From a virus (taxonomy: Duplodnaviria > Caudoviricetes), in IMG/VR virus record IMGVR_UViG_3300021197_001671, positions 1 to 52,642 of that record: a stretch of 52,642 nucleotides of DNA; one strand, written 5' to 3'. Below the pieces are notes generated by a model. That model had not been told where the DNA came from, searched no databases, and worked only from the letters and a program-made list of their open reading frames with translations. A program made the position numbers and the translations under genes. Shown here piece by piece: positions 29,141 through 37,529 of the stretch. Each line of letters opens with the position of its first letter. Position 1 is the stretch's first letter.

Positions 29141-29524
29141 TTATATTACCGTTATAAATTTCATCACAACGTTCGTCAGTAAGTCGCTACCTTTCGAACT
29201 CATTCTGAGGTTACGACCGCTTATCGCTGCACCGTCGGAGTTATCCCACATTACACGCATTGAGTCGACACCTAGTGTCAACATGAACCCAGTATCATCA
29301 AGGTTCGCTTTATTGTGAGCGACGAGTAGGTTGAAATCACTACGCTTCATCCAACCGTCGTGTGTACCGATGGTGACGGGTAGACCCACGTCAATCAGGG
29401 TTTGCTCTATATGCAGAGCCCCATCAGACGCACGTCTACTCTCAGCGACAACATGCACCTGTTCATCACGGTCAAACCAGATTAGCTGTTGAATCTCAGG
29501 TGTTATGGTGTCAATTTGTTGCAT
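29141..29524 (-). CDS. Distal tail protein-like
   Basis: Directly follows the tape measure gene (TAATG overlap). Confidence 0.55.
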   Translation of the reverse strand: MQQIDTITPEIQQLIWFDRDEQVHVVAESRRASDGALHIEQTLIDVGLPVTIGTHDGWMKRSDFNLLVAHNKANLDDTGFMLTLGVDSMRVMWDNSDGAAISGRNLRMSSKGSDLLTNVVMKFITVI

Positions 29525-32500
29525 TAGTCTCTCACTCCTTTCATTCTGTCAACATCGTGCATGAGATTATCATATGTTGACTCATCTGTCGACGTAACAT
29601 ACTTGTTACCACCAACGTTTAGAATGAGTTCGACACTCTTCGGTGATGACGGTGATGACGGTGATGACGGTGATGACGGTGATGATGTTGTCGATGTACC
29701 ACCTGACTCATTACCGAACTCATTCTTGAACTCAATCCGTTGCGCTTTCTTGAGGTCAGCAATTGCCCTGTTGATTTTATCAATCAGTGCTTGGTCACCA
29801 TATATTCGCGCCTTGTCTAACAGTGCCTCCATCTCCTTAATTTCAGCCTCCTGCTTGCGTCGGGCTATATCGGCAAAGTTACCCATTGCGGCATCGAGTC
29901 TGTCTTGAGTATCGGTAAGAGCGTCGTTGATGTCATCGTTAAGGTCATTGAACTTCTCACGAGCCTCGTCAATACTATCAAGCAAACCATCCAGCTTTGT
30001 ATCACCGACAGCGGTCAGACTACGTTTTGCGTGTCCTGCAATCTTGTCGAGTTCTGCAAGAGAGAGGTTGCCACTGTCAACTTGCTTCTGATATTTACGC
30101 AGACCCTGTTCGGCAGAGATTGCCGCACGTTCTTGGTCGAACACAGCGTTAGAGACTTTGACAAGGTTCTCAACCCATCCACTTGCGACAGCCTCGTTCT
30201 TGACCATTAAATATGTGAGTTCGTCATACCGTGCATTGAGGTCACTCATTGAGTCTTTCGACTTGTCGTATTGCTTCCCTAGGAGCTGTTGCACCTGTAA
30301 CTCAAGAGAGGTTGCCTGTGTTACCTTCTCGGTCTTATCGACAAGGTTATCTTTCTCCTGAACCTGCTCCCTGACAACACTAGTGTTTTCCTCAACGTTA
30401 TCTGTATTATCCCCAAGCAACCCGTTTAGTTCACGAAGTGCATCGTTGATTCGTTCAACCTCAGCAGCATACTCAGCTTGTGTTAACTTGCCCGACTGCC
30501 ATTGGACTTTTGCGAGTGCAAGCTCGTTCGTGAGCTGTCGCTGTGCAATCAATGACTCTGTGTATGTCATTGCCTCACGCTCAGCAAGTGCAACAGCCTC
30601 ATCCTTTGCAACCTTGAGGTCAGCATACGCACGGGCGAGTTTCGTTGTCACTATGACATACTCATCAGTACCCTCAACGATTGTCTTCAACGACTGCTTG
30701 TAGTTACGAACGTCCTCATTCAACTTGTTAATTTTGACCTGCAACTTACCCTGTTCGGCAGTCATTTGAGCAGTTGCATCGATACCCTTGAACGTACCGT
30801 CATTGACGGTTTTCTGTATCTCAGCGGCAACCTCATTGACAACGTTCATTTGCTGCTGAGACTCAACCGCTAGCTTCTTCCGTTCGGCCTCAATCTCAAG
30901 TACACGGTTAGCCCTGACGATTGATGCTGTCATCTTCCGATATTCTTCATCGGTCAATTTCATCACAGAATTCTTGGTAAGAGCGGCCTTGATTGATGCC
31001 CTTTCGGCTTCGTCAAGTGATGACAAACCATCGGCATATTTGTCAGCGGCTTTGGTTAGACCTTCGAATGCGATTGAACTCTCACCGCTCATTCGATTGT
31101 GTGCGTCCTCGATATCCTTCAAATCAACATTGATGCGGTCACGTGTGTTCGCAAGTGACTCGGTGAACTCGTCCATGAACACAGTGTCGATTTTCAGGTT
31201 GTCGAATACCTGAAATGAGTTGTACAGCTCGGCAACTTCAATCGCTGTTTCTTGTGCACTTTCGACCACCATGTTGAGGGCAAGTGTGACACCGTTGACA
31301 GCAAGTTTGATTGTGTTGAACACCGCAGTGATAACATTAAACTCATCACTACCGAATGATTCAACAAGGTCGTCCACGGTTGTATGTAGGTCACCAAAGC
31401 CGCTGACCATTTCAGGTAACAGTTCCATCAGCGACACAATGTCATCACCGAACTCATTCATGCCGTCAGATATCAGCCTGATTGTAGCGTCGGTCTCATC
31501 ACTGAACGCCTCACCGATTGACTTCTTGAGGTGTGAGAATTGGTTCGATAGTCTACTGACTGCCGCCTCTTGGTTGGCATATGACTTCGCTGCCTCCTTG
31601 AAGTGTGCATCAGCGTTTTCGTACTCCTTGTTCGTCAGTGCGAGACTGGTTTTTAGCTTGTCGGTAGCGCCCGATAGTGTCTCAACGACAGACGATGTTA
31701 GACGACTATTTATACCCATTGATGCTAGTGACTCAGATACAAGTCCGCCCTCATCCTTGACACGACTCAACCCCTCAAGGAAACCAACTAGAACTTTTTC
31801 AGGTGCCTCACCCAAGTCTTTCTCAATTTGTTCAGCAGTCAGCCCAGTGATGTCAGTAAGTTTCGTGAGACTGTCACCACCTTCACGTGATGCCTTGACT
31901 ATTGCCTCACCTAACTCACCGATAGCTGACCGTGAACGCTCAGCGGGTTGTCCAAGTGCACGTAATGTACCACCGAGGCCGACAGCAGCATGTGACGATA
32001 AATCCATCACACGTGTCGCTGACACAATCTCACTGGTCATGTGTGTGATTTCTGACTCACTGGCTTCGATGTCGTTACCCATCGCAACAACGGCAGACGC
32101 TAATGAGTCAATCGCTGGTACACCCTCACCCGTCATCGCTAGGATTCGAGCAAGCATCTCAACAGCGGTGTCACCAGCAAGGTCTGTCGACACGTTCAGC
32201 GCATCAGCAGCAGCAACGACCTGTAACAGCCCCTCAGAACCTTTCACACCAAGTTGACCCGCTACCTCACCATATCTCAACAATTCGTTTGTGGCGGTCG
32301 GTGTGACGTTCTCAGACATGTATTGCAACTGGTCTGTCAGTTCTATGATTTCTTTACGAGCATCACCTGTTGTTTTTTCAACCTTGGTGATTGCCGCTTC
32401 AAGTGCACCGTACTCGGTCACACCTGCACCGACAGCCTGAGCCGCTTTCTGTGCCGCGATAAGCACAGTGTAGGCTTGTGCGAGTCGTCGTGTGACCTGA

Positions 32501-33378
32501 GTCAACGCGTCTGTTGATTTAACAGCCTTTGCCTTCTCAGCAGTCTCAGCCTTGATTGCAGCCTTTGACGTCTTCACCTGAGCCTCTGTGAGTTTCAGGG
32601 AGCGTCTTAACTCAGCTTCCCTACGTATGAAGTCAGATGATTTGATTTCACCTTTACCTCGTTCTACATTGAGGTCACGCAACCCTTTCTCGTACTTATC
32701 GAGTGCTACGGTCACACGTTTGATTTCGTCACGGGTCTCGTTCATCTGGTGAGCTTCTTTCTCAGCAGCTCTCACAGACTTCTCAATTGCGACTGCCTCC
32801 TCCTCACGCTTTTTCGCAAGACCATCGGCAACAGCGCGAGCCTCCTTCTCAACACGAACCTTCTCACGTAAACCGTCAACCTGTTTGTTGTACAGTGTGG
32901 TCAGACGTGCCGCCTCTGTAGCGGTCTCAGCCATTTCAACCTTGAGTTTCTTCTGTGTGACGGTTGCGTTACGACTGTGCAAACCATATTGCTTCATCTC
33001 GCTAGCTGATTTGGTGTACAGTTTCTCTTGTTTTTGCAACTCCTTGTTCATCAACGTGAGTTCTTGCTTTGCTGATATCACAGACTTACGTTGAGCCGCT
33101 GTCGCATTGTCTGAGTCCTTTACGGACTTACTCAGCTCGTTGTAGTTATCAGTTGCCTTGACGACACTTTTGCGCAAGTCGCGCACAGAAGCCTTAATCT
33201 CCTTGTACGACGTTATCGTGTCATCCTTGATTTTGAGATTTTCAAGGTCTTTCGCGGCAGCAGTTGCGGCATTACCCAACCCCGTCACATGTTTAGCAAC
33301 ACTGTTGATTTCATCACTAGCGAGGTTCTTCGCGTCAATCACCAGTTCTACGATTTCTTGGTCATTGTTACCTGACAT
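29524..33378 (-). CDS. Tail tape measure protein (TP901-type core)
   Basis: About 1284 aa, helical, Ala/Glu/Lys-rich; AITKVEKTT..ELLRYGEVAGQLGV core; likely start MSGNNDQEI after GGAG. Confidence 0.9.
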   Translation of the reverse strand: MSGNNDQEIVELVIDAKNLASDEINSVAKHVTGLGNAATAAAKDLENLKIKDDTITSYKEIKASVRDLRKSVVKATDNYNELSKSVKDSDNATAAQRKSVISAKQELTLMNKELQKQEKLYTKSASEMKQYGLHSRNATVTQKKLKVEMAETATEAARLTTLYNKQVDGLREKVRVEKEARAVADGLAKKREEEAVAIEKSVRAAEKEAHQMNETRDEIKRVTVALDKYEKGLRDLNVERGKGEIKSSDFIRREAELRRSLKLTEAQVKTSKAAIKAETAEKAKAVKSTDALTQVTRRLAQAYTVLIAAQKAAQAVGAGVTEYGALEAAITKVEKTTGDARKEIIELTDQLQYMSENVTPTATNELLRYGEVAGQLGVKGSEGLLQVVAAADALNVSTDLAGDTAVEMLARILAMTGEGVPAIDSLASAVVAMGNDIEASESEITHMTSEIVSATRVMDLSSHAAVGLGGTLRALGQPAERSRSAIGELGEAIVKASREGGDSLTKLTDITGLTAEQIEKDLGEAPEKVLVGFLEGLSRVKDEGGLVSESLASMGINSRLTSSVVETLSGATDKLKTSLALTNKEYENADAHFKEAAKSYANQEAAVSRLSNQFSHLKKSIGEAFSDETDATIRLISDGMNEFGDDIVSLMELLPEMVSGFGDLHTTVDDLVESFGSDEFNVITAVFNTIKLAVNGVTLALNMVVESAQETAIEVAELYNSFQVFDNLKIDTVFMDEFTESLANTRDRINVDLKDIEDAHNRMSGESSIAFEGLTKAADKYADGLSSLDEAERASIKAALTKNSVMKLTDEEYRKMTASIVRANRVLEIEAERKKLAVESQQQMNVVNEVAAEIQKTVNDGTFKGIDATAQMTAEQGKLQVKINKLNEDVRNYKQSLKTIVEGTDEYVIVTTKLARAYADLKVAKDEAVALAEREAMTYTESLIAQRQLTNELALAKVQWQSGKLTQAEYAAEVERINDALRELNGLLGDNTDNVEENTSVVREQVQEKDNLVDKTEKVTQATSLELQVQQLLGKQYDKSKDSMSDLNARYDELTYLMVKNEAVASGWVENLVKVSNAVFDQERAAISAEQGLRKYQKQVDSGNLSLAELDKIAGHAKRSLTAVGDTKLDGLLDSIDEAREKFNDLNDDINDALTDTQDRLDAAMGNFADIARRKQEAEIKEMEALLDKARIYGDQALIDKINRAIADLKKAQRIEFKNEFGNESGGTSTTSSPSSPSSPSSPSSPKSVELILNVGGNKYVTSTDESTYDNLMHDVDRMKGVRD
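29642..29686. repeat. 9-bp tandem repeat encoding (SSP)n at the tape measure C-terminus
   Basis: GGTGATGAC x4 plus one variant. Confidence 0.9.
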
Positions 33379-33393
33379 TTCATAAGCTCCAAT

Positions 33394-33426
33394 AAAAAAG
33401 GGATACAACCGAAGTGTACCCCTTTT
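33394..33426 (-). terminator. Terminator between tail-tube genes and tape measure
   Basis: Minus strand GGGGTACA-cTTCGg-TTGTATCCC-TTTTTT. Confidence 0.8.
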
Positions 33427-33451
33427 ACGTTAATGTTTACAGTCGACCTGT

Positions 33452-34189
33452 TTAGTCTTCCATCTCGATATTGAAGAATCGGGAATCACCGTTACCACGA
33501 GTGTTATCTGACACGAGGTCAATCGTCATGGGTACAGAGCCGAAGTCATCACTAATCAAGGCCAGTGCTGTCGTCGGTGAGAACTTGGCTTTCCATGCCT
33601 CGACGATTACTGACTTACCGTTATCGGTCTTGTTGAAACCGTCGAACAGGATTTCATACTCAAGTGCCTGACCACGTAGCGCCTTTATCTTACTGCGTGA
33701 TTGAGATGTGTACGACACGTCACACGCGTTTGAACGGGCTGTCAGCATTCGGATACCTGTTGCACGAACCTTGTAGTCGACACCCTCTGTGAGCACACCG
33801 ACTGAAACCTCGTTCACAGTCACGGTCTTGGTGCGGTCGATAGGCTCAAGAGTCTTGTTAAACGACCCGACCTCAGCCGTGTATACGAGCGGTTCAGCCG
33901 CGTTTACAGAAGCAGGGATGTGGTCAATCAGTGCACGCAAACCAATTGCGAGTACGTCAGGTTGATATGACAGACCGTTGATTGTCAACGTAACATCTTT
34001 GATTTTTGAAGATGATGCCGCATTACCACCTTGAGGTTTACGGTTGTCGGGCAAATTCTTCTTGTCTTCAGATATGGCGAACACGAAATCATCAGCATTA
34101 CCAAACGACCTGAACTCATCGTTTGTACCTGCAACACGGAACATGATTAGACCGCCACCCTGAAACGCAATATTTCTATTACTAGGCAT
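33452..34189 (-). CDS. Tail tube protein, paralogue 2
   Basis: Immediately upstream of the tape measure; shares blocks with 34194..35021. Confidence 0.75.
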   Translation of the reverse strand: MPSNRNIAFQGGGLIMFRVAGTNDEFRSFGNADDFVFAISEDKKNLPDNRKPQGGNAASSSKIKDVTLTINGLSYQPDVLAIGLRALIDHIPASVNAAEPLVYTAEVGSFNKTLEPIDRTKTVTVNEVSVGVLTEGVDYKVRATGIRMLTARSNACDVSYTSQSRSKIKALRGQALEYEILFDGFNKTDNGKSVIVEAWKAKFSPTTALALISDDFGSVPMTIDLVSDNTRGNGDSRFFNIEMED

Positions 34190-34193
34190 TTAA

Positions 34194-35021
34194 TTATCCC
34201 TCACTTTGGTCAAGGTCTGCATCATCACTTCCTGCATCCTGACGCATACGCATTTCAAAATATGACGAATCGCTGATTATCGTTTCGTCGTCCTTGGTCA
34301 ACACTTCGAATGTCACACCATTAGAGCCATAGTCATCGTTAATCAACGCCAGCGCCTGTGTTGGTGAGAACTGAATCTTGTGACAACGAACCGTCACAGC
34401 ATTATCACTGTCAGCCTCGTTGAAACCGTTAAAGAACAACTCATATGACAGTCCAGTACGTGACATCGCGTTGATGGTGTGCTCACGGTGTGTGCTCAGA
34501 GTCACCTTGATTTGCAACGGGTCGTTTGCATCAACAGTGTACCCAGCGAACGCACTATCTTGGATGTCAATCGCATTACCTTCAATAACGAAGTCTGTAC
34601 CCTCAGTCAGTGCCGTTTCGGTTGCGTTTGCAGTATTCTTCACACTGATTGACGACACCACGTTCACAATTGACGTGAGCATGATGAACCCTGACTCAGA
34701 CAGCGTGTGTGTTTCGATTGTCGAACCAGTTGCAAGTGTGGTCTTAACGAAACCACGTAGTCCGATTGCTAGCGAGTCGGCCTGATAAGAGAGGCCATTG
34801 ATTGTACCCGTCACAGCGGAAATTGCAGACGAAATTGCAGCCGCACCACCACCCTCACTCGTGTAATCAACCTGTGTCTTCTTGTCTTCCGATATGGCAA
34901 ATGTGAAGTCATCAGCATTGCCGAATGACACGAACGGTTTGTGACCGTCACCAGTCACCAATGGGCGGATGAAAATCTCACCTCCACCCTTGAACGATAC
35001 GTTACGTAATGAATCACTCAT
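34194..35021 (-). CDS. Tail tube protein, paralogue 1
   Basis: SFGNADDF.FAISEDKK, INGLSYQ.D.LAIGLR and FSPT.ALALI.DD shared with paralogue 2; AGGAG RBS. Confidence 0.75.
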   Translation of the reverse strand: MSDSLRNVSFKGGGEIFIRPLVTGDGHKPFVSFGNADDFTFAISEDKKTQVDYTSEGGGAAAISSAISAVTGTINGLSYQADSLAIGLRGFVKTTLATGSTIETHTLSESGFIMLTSIVNVVSSISVKNTANATETALTEGTDFVIEGNAIDIQDSAFAGYTVDANDPLQIKVTLSTHREHTINAMSRTGLSYELFFNGFNEADSDNAVTVRCHKIQFSPTQALALINDDYGSNGVTFEVLTKDDETIISDSSYFEMRMRQDAGSDDADLDQSEG

Positions 35022-35177
35022 TTATTTACTCTCCTTTGCGACACCACAGCCTATCAGGTAATCCGCGAGGCGTTTATCAACACTGTGCTTTGAGCCAGCA
35101 TCGACAGGTCTGGCGTTGATTCTGACACGGTCAGACGTGACCACGATTGTAATGTTACCCACTTTACTTTTTGACAT
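35022..35177 (-). CDS. Small basic virion-region protein
   Basis: 51 aa from MSKSK; ends ADYLIGCGVAK. Confidence 0.6.
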   Translation of the reverse strand: MSKSKVGNITIVVTSDRVRINARPVDAGSKHSVDKRLADYLIGCGVAKESK

Positions 35178-35427
35178 CTTCGTCACCCTTCTTGTCTTTG
35201 ATTGGATATTCAACCTTGCCCTGTTTGGCAAAAATCAAAGCTGTTGACTCGAACATCTTAATTGCCCCCATCACTTCAGGAATGACATTGATGTTGCGAT
35301 ACTGGAACCGAGTTAGAGGTTTGACCTCAACTTCGGGGTCTTTGTCACAATTGAGTGCACGGTCAACGAGTTCGCGTGACCGTTCATCATTTGTCAACTC
35401 GACCTTTTTTGCTTTCGGAATAGTCAT
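35164..35427 (-). CDS. Hypothetical protein
   Basis: 87 aa, GAGGA RBS. Confidence 0.7.
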   Translation of the reverse strand: MTIPKAKKVELTNDERSRELVDRALNCDKDPEVEVKPLTRFQYRNINVIPEVMGAIKMFESTALIFAKQGKVEYPIKDKKGDEDVKK

Positions 35428-35433
35428 TGATAT

Positions 35434-35745
35434 TTAATCCTCTAACACATAGTTAATACAATCGGCAGGGACACAACGCCAGTCCTTACCTTCGGGTGCG
35501 TTGGGAACAGTTGACCCCCCGCCTTTCATGAAACACACGGTCATACCATGTTTAATTGAACGGTTCGACTTGAGCGTACCGTCAGGGTGATACTCAAACT
35601 CAGGTACACCGACAACGCGACCGACATGCAATTCATTCTTACCTGTGCTCATTGCAGTGTGACTCAAGTCGATACCGCCAGCGGACATAGTGCTCATCTC
35701 ATCGACTTCAATCAGTACATTCTGACCAAGTGGTTTAATAGTCAT
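35434..35745 (-). CDS. groES: GroES-like co-chaperonin
   Basis: MTIKPLGQNVLIE..SAGGIDL..GRVVGV..IKHGMTVCF aligns by eye with Cpn10; 103 aa. Confidence 0.85.
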   Translation of the reverse strand: MTIKPLGQNVLIEVDEMSTMSAGGIDLSHTAMSTGKNELHVGRVVGVPEFEYHPDGTLKSNRSIKHGMTVCFMKGGGSTVPNAPEGKDWRCVPADCINYVLED

Positions 35746-36178
35746 ACTCACCCCATTTCTCATTGAACGTTATATTTAAATTAATTTGTACACCAGCGAA
35801 TCTCTCACCGCCCTTGGCCATTTTAAAGGCACATGATGTCACTGTCAAATTAGGGTGTGATAACGCATTCATCAGGTCGAACCTAACAGTGTCCATTCGA
35901 TGATTTACTGTCTCAACATCGTCACCGATTTCGATTGCGGCCTCAACCTGTATTGAGCGGGTTGCAATTGCATCAACATTCTGCGCCTTGGTCTCGTATG
36001 AATCACTTAGATACGACGCACAAACCAAGGGGAACGTCACACCTCGACCGTCCCTGACATCATCAACATACGTTGCCAGCCAGCCCTCTTTTATTGAGTA
36101 GGTGCCACCTACCTCCAACACTTTCAGCTTATCTACAACAAGTCTCTTGAACGTGCTGTACCCGTTTTCAGTATTCAT
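35735..36178 (-). CDS. Tail terminator/completion protein
   Basis: Size and synteny after the gpZ-like gene. Confidence 0.55.
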   Translation of the reverse strand: MNTENGYSTFKRLVVDKLKVLEVGGTYSIKEGWLATYVDDVRDGRGVTFPLVCASYLSDSYETKAQNVDAIATRSIQVEAAIEIGDDVETVNHRMDTVRFDLMNALSHPNLTVTSCAFKMAKGGERFAGVQINLNITFNEKWGEYDY

Positions 36179-36801
36179 TTAGATAACCTCTTAAAGTCTT
36201 TCAGGAACTCACTACGCATGAAGGTCTCAACACGCGGTCGTAGCATCTCGCGTTGTGACACAAACATCTGGTTGATGCTTCGTGAGTGTAACACAGTGAT
36301 ACCGTTGGGCTTGTCCTGAGCCTTCCGTCGTTGCTTGTACAGCTTCCTACGCATGTTCGGTGACGAATCACCACTGCTAGCCCTAGCGAAATGCTTCACA
36401 GCCTCCCTGTTCTTCATCGCGATACCTTTTGATGCGGAACCTCTCAAGTTTGTCACAACGAACGCCTTTTCAAGCATCTTGTATCCACCATCCCTGTTAA
36501 TCTTAACAGCAACACCCTTTTTCGACACCCTGTGTGAGAATCGAGATAAGTGAGTACCCCTTGCGTTGGCTCTTATTATGGCTCTGAGGTTGCGTGACGA
36601 AGCCCTAGCAACGACTTTGATGTGCTTGCTGATGTATCCCTTATCGAGTGTGACATCAGCGTTCAGGGCATCTATCGCCTCACCACGCACATACGTGGCT
36701 GTCTTGTTGACAGCAAGTGCGCTCGCCTTGTTTATCGCGTCATCCTTGTCCTTGAGCTTAGAAACCAAGGAGTCGAGTGACTTACTGTCATATACGGCCA
36801 T
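36175..36801 (-). CDS. Lambda gpZ-like tail completion protein
   Basis: Basic protein, ALAVNKTA..AFV..LHSRSINQMF pattern, synteny. Confidence 0.7.
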   Translation of the reverse strand: MAVYDSKSLDSLVSKLKDKDDAINKASALAVNKTATYVRGEAIDALNADVTLDKGYISKHIKVVARASSRNLRAIIRANARGTHLSRFSHRVSKKGVAVKINRDGGYKMLEKAFVVTNLRGSASKGIAMKNREAVKHFARASSGDSSPNMRRKLYKQRRKAQDKPNGITVLHSRSINQMFVSQREMLRPRVETFMRSEFLKDFKRLSK

Positions 36802-36804
36802 TGT

Positions 36805-37125
36805 CTATACCACCTCAACCTCGTAGTACCAAGCTGTTGATGACTCCTCTGTGAGCAGTCCAATTCGCCACACCTTGCCTGTGTCACTGTCTGTCAGTGT
36901 GTCACGGTCGCGAGGTGCATATGTGAAATCATCCTTTAGTAGTTTTACAACAGGATGTGTACCTATGACGATGTCACGTTCATCCTTCAGGTCGGCTGTC
37001 TCGTTAATGTATGCGATGCAGTTCACAGGGTTACCACCCCCACGCTCTGCATACAAAAAAGGGCTTCCGAATGTTGACTGAACAACTCTGGAAGCCCTTT
37101 TGAGTACGTCGCTAACTCGTGACAC
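36805..37125 (-). CDS. Head-tail joining (gpFII-like) protein
   Basis: 106 aa, PRDRDTL..GKVWRI pattern, synteny. Confidence 0.6.
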   Translation of the reverse strand: MSRVSDVLKRASRVVQSTFGSPFLYAERGGGNPVNCIAYINETADLKDERDIVIGTHPVVKLLKDDFTYAPRDRDTLTDSDTGKVWRIGLLTEESSTAWYYEVEVV

Positions 37126-37475
37126 TAGGCTTTGATTACCGTTGATGTGTTATACAGACGTACAATCACCTCGGTTTCACCACTTACTACCTGTACCTCT
37201 GCAACACCGAGTCGAAAGCAACCTGACACGGCAGTGGACACAGCAAGTTCTGTCGCTGGGTTCCAATGTACAGTTGCCCCGTCACCGAACGTGACCGCTG
37301 ACGCACATGGTAACCGCCACATACCTGTGGTGTGACCCGTGATGGTCTCACCAGCAGATGCCGTTTCCGATGCAATATATGGTAACAGACCCTTAAGGTA
37401 TGGTAGACCTGACACAGATACGTCAGTCAACTTGACTCGGACGTTATTACCGTCACTTACAAAATTATTAGCCAT
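37125..37475 (-). CDS. DUF2190-like capsid cement/decoration protein
   Basis: MANNFVSDG..GMWRLP..G..VHW..V.VRL directly after the capsid gene. Confidence 0.75.
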   Translation of the reverse strand: MANNFVSDGNNVRVKLTDVSVSGLPYLKGLLPYIASETASAGETITGHTTGMWRLPCASAVTFGDGATVHWNPATELAVSTAVSGCFRLGVAEVQVVSGETEVIVRLYNTSTVIKA

Positions 37476-37502
37476 TCTCTAAATCTCCAAACAAAATTAG
37501 TA

Positions 37503-37524
37503 GGTGGGGCGTCCATGCCCCGTT
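37503..37524 (-). repeat. 22-bp hairpin element, copy 1
   Basis: GGTGGGGCGTCCATGCCCCGTT, exact reverse complement of 45086-45107. Confidence 0.95.
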
Positions 37525-37529
37525 GTCAA

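Noticed and set aside
31220-32257. 345 aa antisense ORF in the tape measure gene, and similar antisense ORFs elsewhere
   Set aside because: Explained by sense-strand codon bias; Ser-rich, no RBS or motifs.
35164-35427. A AAA AAG slippery heptamer as a tail-chaperone frameshift
   Set aside because: It is at codons 6-8 and the -1 frame stops within a few codons; the downstream ORF has its own ATG in the +1 frame.
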